From NCBI GenBank assembly GCA_964442705.1, contig CAYUAQ010000001.1:14976-78975 (forward strand): 64,000 nt of DNA, given 5' to 3'. The position numbers and the translations under genes were made by a program. Below, piece by piece: positions 34,026 to 43,496 of the stretch. Each line of letters starts with the position of its first letter. The first letter of the stretch is position 1. The stretch is from an uncultured Desulfobacteraceae bacterium. Its GTDB lineage: Bacteria; Desulfobacterota; Desulfobacteria; Desulfobacterales; JALSRD01. The notes beneath the pieces were generated by a model, which worked only from the letters and a program-made list of their open reading frames with translations, was not told the DNA's origin and ran no database searches.

Positions 34026-34322
34026 ATGAAGCGATGTCCCACCTGCCGCGCCCGTCTGCACGGCGGCGCGGTTTGCCACCGCTGCAAAACCGACCTGAGC
34101 ACGCTGCTGGCCGTCGAGGAAAGCTGGCGCAGGCACCTCGAAGCTGGCTGGCGGGCCGTACGGGATGATGACGTGGAAACGCTGCGCTTTCATGCCAGGC
34201 GGGCTTTCTCCCTGATATGTACGGGGGCATCTTGTCGTCTGATGGCCTGCGCGGCTTTGATGGACCATGATTACGATCTGGCCTTGAAGGTGTGGCGGAC
34301 CGGCCGTCGCCAAGGGGCGTGA
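34026..34322 (+). CDS. Small zinc-ribbon protein
   Basis: MKRCPTCRARLHGGAVCHRCKTDL (CxxC-N10-CxxC) followed by a helical tail. Starts 16 nt after the Hsp70 stop. Confidence 0.5.
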   Translation: MKRCPTCRARLHGGAVCHRCKTDLSTLLAVEESWRRHLEAGWRAVRDDDVETLRFHARRAFSLICTGASCRLMACAALMDHDYDLALKVWRTGRRQGA

Positions 34323-34340
34323 CCGCCACCTTGCTGTCGC

Positions 34341-34811
34341 CTACTGTCTGTTTCTCTCCGACATGATCTGCGCGTAGGCCTGCTGGATCTCCTTGAAGCG
34401 CTGCTCGGCCAGTTCCCGGAATTCACGCCCGAGGTGGGTCACCTTGTCCGGGTGGTATTTGGCGGCAAGCTGGCGATAGGCGCGCTTGACCTCATCTGCC
34501 GGGGCACCGGGCGCCACACCCAGAATGGCATAAGGATCGTCCGGCGAGACCCGCCCTTTTTGCGCGCTGCCACCTTCATGACCGCCGGCCCGGGCTTCTT
34601 GCGCCCCTTCCTGACGGTTCCCATGGCCGGCATCATCCGGGCGCCGCACACGGCGCCGCTGCAGGGACTGCTGCACTGATTTGTAGATCCACCACACGAA
34701 AAGTCCGGCCAGCAGGTCATCCAGCCACCCCCAGCCCACCAGAAAATCCGGCACCAGGTCATAGGGATTTAGAATATACAGCAGTGCAATGATGGTAAAC
34801 AGGATCTTCAT
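34341..34811 (-). CDS. Membrane-anchored J-domain protein (DUF1232/YkvA-like N-terminus + canonical DnaJ domain)
   Basis: N-terminus LNPYDLVPDFLVGWGWLDDLLAGLFVWW (DUF1232 pattern). C-terminus DPYAILGVAPGAPADEVKRAYRQLAAKYHPDK with intact HPD. Confidence 0.8.
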   Translation of the reverse strand: MKILFTIIALLYILNPYDLVPDFLVGWGWLDDLLAGLFVWWIYKSVQQSLQRRRVRRPDDAGHGNRQEGAQEARAGGHEGGSAQKGRVSPDDPYAILGVAPGAPADEVKRAYRQLAAKYHPDKVTHLGREFRELAEQRFKEIQQAYAQIMSERNRQ

Positions 34812-34980
34812 GCTTTTGTAAGGGAAAAATGGTTACCCAGTTCCGCCCCCGCCGATATCTGGATATCTGCAACCATAGCACGCCCTCACAATGAATTACA
34901 ACGACGCCTCACGGCCCGCCTGAAACACGCTTTTCCGGGGGCACCGCGCCCTTTCTCGTTACTGAAAAAAGTTAATACCT

Positions 34981-34999
34981 CTATTAAAAATTTTAATAG
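34981..34999. promoter_or_regulatory. Perfect 9-1-9 AT-rich palindrome upstream of the minor-pilin operon
   Basis: CTATTAAAA-A-TTTTAATAG. Candidate dimeric regulator site. Confidence 0.4.
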
Positions 35000-35171
35000 C
35001 TGGGCTGCTGGCGAGCAGGTCCGCCGTTGTCTGCAACCAGAGATCCGAAAGCCGAAATATGCGGCGGTTTACCTTTCCATATTTCTAACTCATTTAAAAT
35101 TAAAGGTAAAAATATATTTACCGACGATTTAATACCGAAAGCCGGGTCTGAAGTCCTCCGCGGGCGTTTCA

Positions 35172-35187
35172 TGGCACGAATATTGGA
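35172..35187 (+). promoter_or_regulatory. Sigma-54-like promoter (imperfect -12) upstream of the minor-pilin operon
   Basis: TGGCAC-GAATA-TTGGA. The -24 element is perfect. The -12 element reads GG instead of GC. About 50 nt upstream of ATG 35238. Confidence 0.35.
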
Positions 35188-35237
35188 TATTGTCAGGACA
35201 GGACCATATCTGTTGTGACCATAGACGAGAGGCCGAT

Positions 35238-35819
35238 ATGAAGAAGAAAGAAACAGGTTTTACCATAATGGAGCTCATGGTGGCTACGGCCATCTTCGGC
35301 ATTCTGTGCGCCGTTGCGGTGCCCAACATGATCGGCAGTCTGCCGGGGCACCGGCTGCGCAGTGCGGCGGGCGACGTCCGGTCCAATCTGCAGCTCGCCA
35401 AGTTGCGGGCCGTCAAGGAAAATCGATTTTATGCCGTCGCTTTTGATAAAAACTCCGATACTTACCGGGTAGTAAACTGCGGTCCTGATAATAGGTACAA
35501 CACGAGCGATGACGCCACGGTAAAAACGGTGGATCTGAATGAATACGGCAGTGGCGTCAGTTATGGCCATGGTGCAGCGACAAGCGGTGTCAGCGGAGCA
35601 AGCTTCGGGGACGAAATCACCTTCCCGACTGATCCGTTAAGTTCGGTAGACAACATGGCCATGTTTTCACCCACCGGTTTAGCCAGTCATGTTTCCGGTT
35701 CGTTCTGTGTCGGTTATGTATATTTAGCCAACAACCGTAGAGAAACCATCGCGGTAGGGGCCAATTCAATCGCCGGCAACATAACGTCGAAAAGCTGGGT
35801 CGGTGGTGGTTGGAAATAG
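35238..35819 (+). CDS. fimT: Type IV minor pilin, FimT/GspH-like
   Basis: Prepilin signal MKKKETG|FTIMELMVATAIFGIL, then a GspH-like segment (HRLRSAAGDVRSNLQLAKLRAV). Confidence 0.75.
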   Translation: MKKKETGFTIMELMVATAIFGILCAVAVPNMIGSLPGHRLRSAAGDVRSNLQLAKLRAVKENRFYAVAFDKNSDTYRVVNCGPDNRYNTSDDATVKTVDLNEYGSGVSYGHGAATSGVSGASFGDEITFPTDPLSSVDNMAMFSPTGLASHVSGSFCVGYVYLANNRRETIAVGANSIAGNITSKSWVGGGWK

Positions 35820-35837
35820 CATGCAAGGGAGAAAGAA

Positions 35838-36587
35838 ATGAAGAGCAATCGGAATGGTTTTACCCTGGTGGAGCTGCTGATCGCCATGGCTATTTCCAGT
35901 ATTGTCCTGGGGGTGATCGTGGTTACCTACCAATCACAAGCCAAGACGCATATGACCCAGCAGGAAGTCGTGGGCATGCATCAAAATGCGCGGGCCGCCA
36001 TGGACCTGATGACCCGCGAGATCCGCACGGTTGGCCTGGACCCCACCGGCAACGGCGGAGCAGGGGTCTATTCCGGTGGTGCCCAAGCCGGCTACCTGCA
36101 TTTCAGCAGGGATTTTACCGTAAGCCGGTTAAATGGCCAGGACGATGACTCCGATGGAGAAGTCGACGAGACGGATGAATGGGCCGACGGCACCATCGGG
36201 ACGACAGGCGGCGAAGATATCGATTACCGGCTGTCCAATGACAGCGATGGAGACGGGGTGGCCGACGGCTTTCCCTGCACCCTTCAGAGAAAATCTCTGC
36301 CGCTGGCAGAGAATATCGAAGTGCTTAACTTCGTTTACCTGGATGCCGATGGCGGGGTGATTGCATCGCCGGTTCCTGACGCAAGACTTGCCGATATCCG
36401 TTCAATACAGGTGACCCTCATAGCACGCACCGATGATCCGGTAATGATGCGTAAAGCAAGCGACAGCAATGTTTACAGGAACCAGCAGGGTACCGTCTTG
36501 TTGGACAAGTCATCGAACCCGGATACGGTGCGACGTATTCTGTTAACCACCGAGGTTCGTTGCCGTAACATGGGCCTGCTCAACTGA
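35838..36587 (+). CDS. pilW: Type IV minor pilin PilW-like
   Basis: MKSNRNG|FTLVELLIAMAISSIVLGVIVVTY. Size and position are typical of PilW. Confidence 0.7.
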   Translation: MKSNRNGFTLVELLIAMAISSIVLGVIVVTYQSQAKTHMTQQEVVGMHQNARAAMDLMTREIRTVGLDPTGNGGAGVYSGGAQAGYLHFSRDFTVSRLNGQDDDSDGEVDETDEWADGTIGTTGGEDIDYRLSNDSDGDGVADGFPCTLQRKSLPLAENIEVLNFVYLDADGGVIASPVPDARLADIRSIQVTLIARTDDPVMMRKASDSNVYRNQQGTVLLDKSSNPDTVRRILLTTEVRCRNMGLLN

Positions 36588-36609
36588 TCCTGAAAGAGGG
36601 AATCGTTTT

Positions 36610-37017
36610 ATGTATACCGAACACTACGAACAAGCGAACATGTCCGACCGGGAAAATGGGTTCACCCTCATAGAGGTTATGATCGCCATGGCAATATTCG
36701 CCGTAGGAATTCTGGCAGTTGCCGGCATGCAGCTTTCCGCCACTAAAGGCAACACGTCATCGGGCAAGATGACACGGGCGGCCATCATCGCCCAGACTCA
36801 GATGGAGCAGCTGGCTGCCCTCAAATACAATGACGCCCTGAATGCAGTGGGCAGCCATGCGTATGCCGGCAACCCCATCGAAGGGCAGTACAACGTTTCC
36901 TGGACCGTGACCGGTGATAGTCCCATCCAGCATACCAAGACCATCGATGTGACCGTAACCTGGCAGGGAGGACAGCGACAGGTGACGCTGACTTCGATAA
37001 AAGACGACATCCTGTAA
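36610..37017 (+). CDS. pilV: Type IV minor pilin PilV-like
   Basis: G|FTLIEVMIAMAIFAVGILAVAGMQ, a PilV-type N-terminus. An alternative start lies at 36640. Confidence 0.7.
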   Translation: MYTEHYEQANMSDRENGFTLIEVMIAMAIFAVGILAVAGMQLSATKGNTSSGKMTRAAIIAQTQMEQLAALKYNDALNAVGSHAYAGNPIEGQYNVSWTVTGDSPIQHTKTIDVTVTWQGGQRQVTLTSIKDDIL

Positions 37018-37042
37018 AGTCAAAGTGAAAGGAAAGCATTCC

Positions 37043-37612
37043 ATGCAGATCATTTCCAAACTTGCCGGAGACGAACAGGGTTCCGCACTGATATTTGCCA
37101 TTCTTATCCTGGCGCTGCTGACCATTCTGGGAATCTCGTCGAGCAACACCAGCATTGTGGAAAGCATGATTTCCGGCAATGACACGCTGTCGAAAATGGC
37201 CTTTCAGCAGGCAGACGGCGGCACCCAGGCCGGCATCGAACTGCTGGAGCAGAACATAGAGAACCGGGGGTTCGACACCGGGGAGTTGTCCGCTATTCCC
37301 GGGATCACCGTGAACAACACCAACCTCTTTTTAAATACTTCCGCCAATGACCCTTCAGACGATGCCGACACCAGTCGGGATGCCTATATGCCCAAGGGCG
37401 GTGCTGTCAATCAACCGCACACCAACCTGACGTTCGGCGGGATTGCGGGCTTGTCCACGGGTTCGGCCATTCAGATGGCGGCCGGATACGAGGGCAAAGG
37501 CAAGTCCGCAGGCAACAGCGGGGCGTGGATCATCTATGATATCCGCTCGGCGCGCAAGGACGTGAAAAATGCCGAGGCAAAGGTCCGGGTCAGATGGCGG
37601 CACGTCATTTAA
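37043..37612 (+). CDS. pilX: PilX-like minor pilin (PilX N-terminal domain)
   Basis: EQGSALIFAILILALLTILGISSSNTSIVESMISGN. Start at ATG 37043 with an AAGGAAAG RBS. Confidence 0.6.
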   Translation: MQIISKLAGDEQGSALIFAILILALLTILGISSSNTSIVESMISGNDTLSKMAFQQADGGTQAGIELLEQNIENRGFDTGELSAIPGITVNNTNLFLNTSANDPSDDADTSRDAYMPKGGAVNQPHTNLTFGGIAGLSTGSAIQMAAGYEGKGKSAGNSGAWIIYDIRSARKDVKNAEAKVRVRWRHVI

Positions 37613-37646
37613 AACAGCATTAACCCCTCTAACCCCAGGTGATGAT

Positions 37647-37964
37647 ATGAAAATAAAAAAGGCTCTGTTAACAGTATTTATCCTTGTCGTCATGTTCATT
37701 TCAGGCAGTATCAGTCAGGCCGGAAGCTACTGGCAGACGGGTCGCGTGACAAAGTCGGCCTGGCACGACAGGTACTGGTACGTTGAAATCAATACCGTAA
37801 AGTATACCCTCATGCCCGAGGTGAGCGTACTGGTGCCCTCGGAGAGAAAATTGTATCGGGGCGGCACGGATCGTTTTCGGCCTTCGTCGTATCTGAGCTA
37901 CGGCAGGAAGTTGATGGTCAAGATTGAAGGCCGCAGAATCTATGAGATTATCGTATCTAAATAG
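37647..37964 (+). CDS. Small secreted protein of unknown function (105 aa) inside the pilus operon
   Basis: Signal peptide MKIKKALLTVFILVVMFISGSISQA. No known motif. Confidence 0.5.
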   Translation: MKIKKALLTVFILVVMFISGSISQAGSYWQTGRVTKSAWHDRYWYVEINTVKYTLMPEVSVLVPSERKLYRGGTDRFRPSSYLSYGRKLMVKIEGRRIYEIIVSK

Positions 37965-37974
37965 GGGTGCAGAC

Positions 37975-40900
37975 ATGTTGAAAAAATCGATGATACTACT
38001 GATATTGATGTCCCTGGTGTGTGTCGGCGGGCTGAACAGCAGTGCCCGGGCTGAAAACATGGGAGACTACAGCCTGCTGCCGCCTTTTGTCACCGCCGGC
38101 GTGCCCCCCTTGGTCATGCTGGTTATCGGACGAAACCACAAACTTTACTACGAAGCTTACAACGATGCCTCTGATCTGAATGACGACGGCATTCTGGATG
38201 TCGGCTACAATCCGTCAATAGACTACTACGGGTACTTCGATTCCCACAAAGAGTATGTTTACAGCACCGCCAACCATCGCTTCGAACCGGTGGCGGTCAC
38301 CTTCGACAAAAAGGTGAGCGCTGGCGGCCGCTGGAGCGGGGATTTTCTCAACTACCTGACCATGTCCCGCATGGACGCCCTGCGCAAGGTGCTGTATGGC
38401 GGCTACCGCTCGACGGACACGGACTCGGAAACCGTTCTGGAGCGGGTCTATATTCCCCAGGACGCCCACAGCTGGGGCAAGGAATACGAGAGCGTTTCCC
38501 GCGACGGGTATGATATCAGCGAGTACACGCCCCTCGATCTTCCCCTAGACGGCTACCGGCACCTGTTTGCTTCCACGACCTTATCCGAAAACGGTGATCC
38601 GGTTTTAAGGGTCATGCCCAACAGCATTCACCGCATCTGGGAGTGGGTTTCCAAGGAACGGCCGGTGTGCGACAACTCGCTGGTGTCCAGCGGGGGCAAT
38701 TACAACAGTTATCCTAGCGACCACGATGCCTATGAAGACCTGGTTTTGCAGTTCGCCAACGCCGGCCACCTTCAGGGGACCCAGCCGGTGGACAATATCG
38801 ACGGCAGCGGAAACCCGTTTGGCTCGGACGAATACTATCTCACCATTTTTACGGGAAAGATCAACATTGCCACGGCCGGGACCTACGAGTTTGCCGTGGA
38901 CGGCGACGACGCCGTCGAGGTGATCATCGACGGCACCGTGGTGGCCGGGTGGTACGACGGACACGGCAGGTGCAGTTGCCATGATCACAGCGGTAGTATC
39001 GTCCTGGACGCCGGGGAATATGACATCGAATTCAGGCACCAGGAAACCACCGGCGGCGACTATTACCACCTGTGGTGGAAGGGGCCTGACAGCGACAGCC
39101 ATGACTGGGAGATCGTTCCCAAGGACGCATTTTCGGGTTTGACGCAAACCGTTTACAACGTGTCAACGCCCGTTTCCACCATCACCGACTATCAGGTGCG
39201 CGTACTGGTGGGAAAGCCGGACATGCCGGAGTCCAACTGCAAGCTTTACCCCAACGGCAACTACAAGCCGGTGGGGATTCTGCAGCGCTACGGCGAATCC
39301 GACCGCATGTACTTCGGCCTCATCACGGGCTCCTATGCCAAGAACACCTCCGGTGGTGTACTGCGCAAAAACATTTCATCCATCACCGATGAGATCGATC
39401 CCAACACGGGACAGTTTACCAGTGTCAACGGTATCATCGCCACGCTGGACAAGTTTCGGATCTACGACTTCAATTACGGCGACTATTCATACCGTCCCGG
39501 ATGGGAAGATGCCTGGGTGACCACCAGGCCCATGAACGAGGGTGAGTTCCCGGACTGGGGCAACCCCATTGCCGAGATGCTGTACGAAGGCATGCGCTAC
39601 TTTGCCGGCAAGGCCAGCCCCACCGGTGATTTTGTATACGGCAGCGGCACACCGGACGAAACCCTGGGACTGCCCCTGGCAAACTGGAACGACCCCTATG
39701 ACACGGCCAACGGCGGCTTCAGCTACTGTGCCAAGCCGTTTATTCTGATGATCAGCGACATCAACCCCACCTACGACTCGGATCAGCTGCCGGGGGTGGA
39801 CGGCAATTTCGGGTCGTTCAGCGGCGACATGTCCGGTATGAATGTTTCGGACCTGGCCAATACCATCTCGGGCAATGAGGGCATCGCGGGCTACCATTAC
39901 ATCGGCCAGGTGGGCAGCGATTATGATGGATCTCCCCGTCCGAAGCTCGTCAGCGGCTTCGGCAACATCCGGGGGCTGTGCCCCGAAGAGCCCACCAAGC
40001 AGGGCAGCTACTACTCGGCCAGCGTTGCCTACTACGGCCGCAAGACCGATTTGAACAGCGCCACGGAAGACCAGAAGGTGAGTACCTATGCGGTGGGGCT
40101 GGCCTCGCCGCTGCCCAGGATCACCATTCCGGTGGGCGACCAGACCATTACCCTGGTGCCCTTCGCCAAATCCGTGGGCGGATGCCTGGGCATCAGCGGC
40201 GCCCAGGGCGACTTCCAGGCTACCAATACGATTGTCGATTTTTATATCGAGGAAATTACGCCTACCCAAGGCGTTTTCAGGATCAACTTCGAAGACGTGG
40301 AACAGGCCGCCGACCATGACATGGATGCCATTGTAAAATACGAATACACGGTCAATGCCGACGGCACGGTCACGATTACGTTGACTTCCACATACGCCTC
40401 CGGCTGTATCATCCAGCACCTCGGTTACGTGATTTCCGGCACCACCGAGGACGGCACCTACCTGGAGGTAACGGACGCAGACACCGCCGTCGGCAGCGAT
40501 GTGGATTATTTCCTGGACACGCCGCCGGGCCAGAGTCCGGGCGGCACTTGGGCAGATGGTGCGGATCTCCCCATGACGACCAGCCGGACTTTTACACCGG
40601 GGGCCACCACCACCGCAACCCTGCTGAAAAACCCGCTCTGGTATGCCGCCAAGTGGGGCGGGTTCCAGGAATCACCGGACGACCAGAACGATCTGCCGGA
40701 CCAGGACGAGGAGTGGGACAAAGACGGCGACGGCGTTCCCGACACCTACTTTTACGTCACCAACCCATTGCGGCTGGAGGAACAGCTCAACAAGTCCTTT
40801 GCCGATATTCTGAGCCGGACTTCCTCCGGTACGGCCGCATCGGTCATCTCCAGTTCCCGGTCCGGTGAAGGCGCGGTTTACCAGTCCGTGTTTTTTCCCG

Positions 40901-43356
40901 AAATCAAGGATGCCCTGGGAAACAGCGTCAACTGGATCGGCGATGTGCATGCCCTGCTGGTCGATGCCTATGGAAACATGAGAGAGGACAGCAATGGCAA
41001 CCGAACCCTGGATCTTGTCAATGATCTGATCATCAAATTCGACGGTGAGACGGTATACAAATACCGGGACACCAACGGCAACGGCTTGCTGGATGCCTCT
41101 GAGACCACTTCCATCTTCAGCGGAAAATTGAGCGACATCAAGTTCCTGTGGAGCGCCGCCGGTTGGCTGAACAGCATTGCCGACACGGATGTTGTCAACA
41201 ACCGTGCAAGTTACAACAGCTTCGCCGACCACAACCGGTATATCTTTACGTTCATCGACAGCAACCAGGATATGATTGCCGATTCGGGTGAGATCGTCGA
41301 TTTCCTGGCGGGCAACGAGAGCCTCATCAATCCTTACCTGAGCCTGTATCCTCCCTTTGAAACACGTCCGTCTTTTGTGCCCGATCCGGCTGATGCAGCC
41401 GCCTACAGTGATTTCATCAGCCAGCAGTCCCAACGGGAAATCAATTTTATCAGAGGACAGGATCAGGACATCTTCAACTCAAGCACCACCCCGGTCTATA
41501 CCATACCGAAATTCCGCAACCGACAAATCGACTTCGAGGGCACCGGGACGGCGGTTACCTGGAGACTGGGGGACGTCGTCTATTCCACCCCCACGGTGGT
41601 GGGCACACCGGCTGAAAACTTCGACCTTTTGTATGGAGACCTGTCCTATCTGGCGTTTCATAAAAAATATCGTCGCCGCCGTCAGGTAGTCTATGTGGGG
41701 TCCAACGACGGCATGCTGCATGCCTTCAACGCCGGCTATTTTGATCAGCAGAACAATAAGTTCTGGCGGTCATACAATGCCGGCAGCGGTACTTACGGTG
41801 ACACCGGCGCCCAGCTCGGTGCGGAGCTGTGGGCCTATGTCCCCTACAACCTGTTGCCCCATCTCTACTGGCTGACTTCGCCGGCCTACAACGGCGAAAT
41901 GCACGTCAGTTATGTGGGGCACAAGCCGAGGATATTCGATGCCAAGGTGTTTGCCGATGACAGCATCCACCCGGGCGGATGGGGTACGGTGCTTGTCTGC
42001 GGCATGAAGTTCGGCGGCGGAAAGATTCGTGCCGATGTGGATAAGAACAACGTCTACGACCCCGATACCGACCGAACCATGACGTCTGCCTTTATCGTCA
42101 TGGATATCACGGATCCCGAAAGCGGGCCCAAAGTCATTGCCGAACTGACATTTCCCAACCTTGGTTTTACGACTTGTTATCCCAATGTGGTTGTGATGAA
42201 AGACAAGGATTCCGCCAACGACGACAATGACTGGTACCTTGTGCTGGGGTCCGGCCCCATTGGTCCCGACGGGGCCGACACGGCATCCCTGACGACGGCC
42301 ACCAGTGTTCAGAAGGCCAAAATCTACATGGTAGACCTCAAGAAACTGTGTCGCGACGGATACGTTTATGCCCTGGATAATAATTCCAATGCCGCTGAAA
42401 ATGATCCCTGGTTTGTCGAACTGGATGACGATTCTTTCATCTCCGACCCCATCAGCGTCGATTACGATCTGGACTATAAATCCGACGTTGTCTACTTCGG
42501 GACGGTGTCCGGTGACTACACTGCCGGGTGGGGGGGGAAATTGAGAAGAATCGTCATGGATGATGACACCAGCACGGCCAGCTGGGACAGCGACAGCGTA
42601 CTGATAGACTTGACTGACGCCATTGATAATGGCGGCGTAACCCAGGGGCAGCCCATCGTGGCCGCTCCGGCGGCGGGCATGGACAATAATGGCTACCGCT
42701 GGGTGTTTTTCGGCACGGGCCGCTTTTTTAACCGCCTGGATGTCACCGACCCGACCACGTTTGACCAGCAGAGCTTTTATGGCATTAAAGAACCACAGGA
42801 TAGCGATGGGAATCCGACCTGGGGAACGGTCCTGAGGGCAAGTTTGCTGGATGTCAGCAACGCTGAAGTGTTCGAAGGCGGAGAGACTGTCTCGGGTGTG
42901 AGCGGCGCAGCTACCTTCGATGAATTGATCACCAAGGTGGAAAGCAAATCCGGGTGGCTGCTGGATTTCCCCCAGAGTATGGAGAGAAATCTCGGTCAGG
43001 CAGCCCTGCTGGGGGATGTCCTGCTGTTTACGAGCTATATTCCCGGCAACGATCCCTGTTCTTTTGAAGGTAACAGCAACCTGTACTCCCTGTATTACGA
43101 GACCGGCACCGCTTACAAGGAATCCGTCATAGGGGTAAACCAGAACAATTCCGTTACCGAAGATGGTGAAATAAAATATGAAGTCGTAAAACGCATAGAG
43201 CTGGGACAGGGGCTTGCCATGACACCCAACCTACACACCGGCAGGGAAGTCGGATCCAAAGGCCTGGTACAGACCAGTAAGGGTGCCATCCTGGACATCG
43301 AGCAGAAGAACCCGGGGGTAACCAAAAGCGGGCTGACCACCTGGCTGGAGGAATGA
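37975..43356 (+). CDS. pilY1: Giant PilY1-like pilus tip-associated protein with an inserted PA14 domain
   Basis: 1793 aa. Signal peptide. PilY1-type N-terminus (PPLVMLVIGRNHKLYYEAYND). PA14-like segment (FTGKINIATAGTYEFAVDGDDAVEVIIDG...DIEFRHQE..GGDYYHLWW, about 38.75-39.13 kb). C-terminal PilY1 propeller-like region (VYVGSNDGMLHAFNAG, VYFGT..GG). Confidence 0.8.
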   Translation: MLKKSMILLILMSLVCVGGLNSSARAENMGDYSLLPPFVTAGVPPLVMLVIGRNHKLYYEAYNDASDLNDDGILDVGYNPSIDYYGYFDSHKEYVYSTANHRFEPVAVTFDKKVSAGGRWSGDFLNYLTMSRMDALRKVLYGGYRSTDTDSETVLERVYIPQDAHSWGKEYESVSRDGYDISEYTPLDLPLDGYRHLFASTTLSENGDPVLRVMPNSIHRIWEWVSKERPVCDNSLVSSGGNYNSYPSDHDAYEDLVLQFANAGHLQGTQPVDNIDGSGNPFGSDEYYLTIFTGKINIATAGTYEFAVDGDDAVEVIIDGTVVAGWYDGHGRCSCHDHSGSIVLDAGEYDIEFRHQETTGGDYYHLWWKGPDSDSHDWEIVPKDAFSGLTQTVYNVSTPVSTITDYQVRVLVGKPDMPESNCKLYPNGNYKPVGILQRYGESDRMYFGLITGSYAKNTSGGVLRKNISSITDEIDPNTGQFTSVNGIIATLDKFRIYDFNYGDYSYRPGWEDAWVTTRPMNEGEFPDWGNPIAEMLYEGMRYFAGKASPTGDFVYGSGTPDETLGLPLANWNDPYDTANGGFSYCAKPFILMISDINPTYDSDQLPGVDGNFGSFSGDMSGMNVSDLANTISGNEGIAGYHYIGQVGSDYDGSPRPKLVSGFGNIRGLCPEEPTKQGSYYSASVAYYGRKTDLNSATEDQKVSTYAVGLASPLPRITIPVGDQTITLVPFAKSVGGCLGISGAQGDFQATNTIVDFYIEEITPTQGVFRINFEDVEQAADHDMDAIVKYEYTVNADGTVTITLTSTYASGCIIQHLGYVISGTTEDGTYLEVTDADTAVGSDVDYFLDTPPGQSPGGTWADGADLPMTTSRTFTPGATTTATLLKNPLWYAAKWGGFQESPDDQNDLPDQDEEWDKDGDGVPDTYFYVTNPLRLEEQLNKSFADILSRTSSGTAASVISSSRSGEGAVYQSVFFPEIKDALGNSVNWIGDVHALLVDAYGNMREDSNGNRTLDLVNDLIIKFDGETVYKYRDTNGNGLLDASETTSIFSGKLSDIKFLWSAAGWLNSIADTDVVNNRASYNSFADHNRYIFTFIDSNQDMIADSGEIVDFLAGNESLINPYLSLYPPFETRPSFVPDPADAAAYSDFISQQSQREINFIRGQDQDIFNSSTTPVYTIPKFRNRQIDFEGTGTAVTWRLGDVVYSTPTVVGTPAENFDLLYGDLSYLAFHKKYRRRRQVVYVGSNDGMLHAFNAGYFDQQNNKFWRSYNAGSGTYGDTGAQLGAELWAYVPYNLLPHLYWLTSPAYNGEMHVSYVGHKPRIFDAKVFADDSIHPGGWGTVLVCGMKFGGGKIRADVDKNNVYDPDTDRTMTSAFIVMDITDPESGPKVIAELTFPNLGFTTCYPNVVVMKDKDSANDDNDWYLVLGSGPIGPDGADTASLTTATSVQKAKIYMVDLKKLCRDGYVYALDNNSNAAENDPWFVELDDDSFISDPISVDYDLDYKSDVVYFGTVSGDYTAGWGGKLRRIVMDDDTSTASWDSDSVLIDLTDAIDNGGVTQGQPIVAAPAAGMDNNGYRWVFFGTGRFFNRLDVTDPTTFDQQSFYGIKEPQDSDGNPTWGTVLRASLLDVSNAEVFEGGETVSGVSGAATFDELITKVESKSGWLLDFPQSMERNLGQAALLGDVLLFTSYIPGNDPCSFEGNSNLYSLYYETGTAYKESVIGVNQNNSVTEDGEIKYEVVKRIELGQGLAMTPNLHTGREVGSKGLVQTSKGAILDIEQKNPGVTKSGLTTWLEE

Positions 43357-43496
43357 GTCTGAAACGCCAGTCCTGACGCTCCCGAAAAGGATCGGCGGCT
43401 GGCTGGAATGCCCCTTGGGCTCAAGACGGAGACAGAATAACCGATACTGAAAACAGAGGCTGAAACTCCGGTGTCCAAGAAAACTACGAGACTGTC

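Noticed and set aside
32255-34102. 615-aa minus-strand ORF opposite the Hsp70 gene
   Set aside because: The plus strand encodes an unmistakable Hsp70 (DLGTTNS, DLGGGTFD). The antisense frame is a GC-skew artefact.
34854-34867. GATATCTGGATATC near-palindrome upstream of the DUF1232-J gene, considered as a heat-shock (CIRCE-like) operator
   Set aside because: It does not resemble the CIRCE consensus (TTAGCACTC-N9-GAGTGCTAA). It is too short to distinguish from chance.
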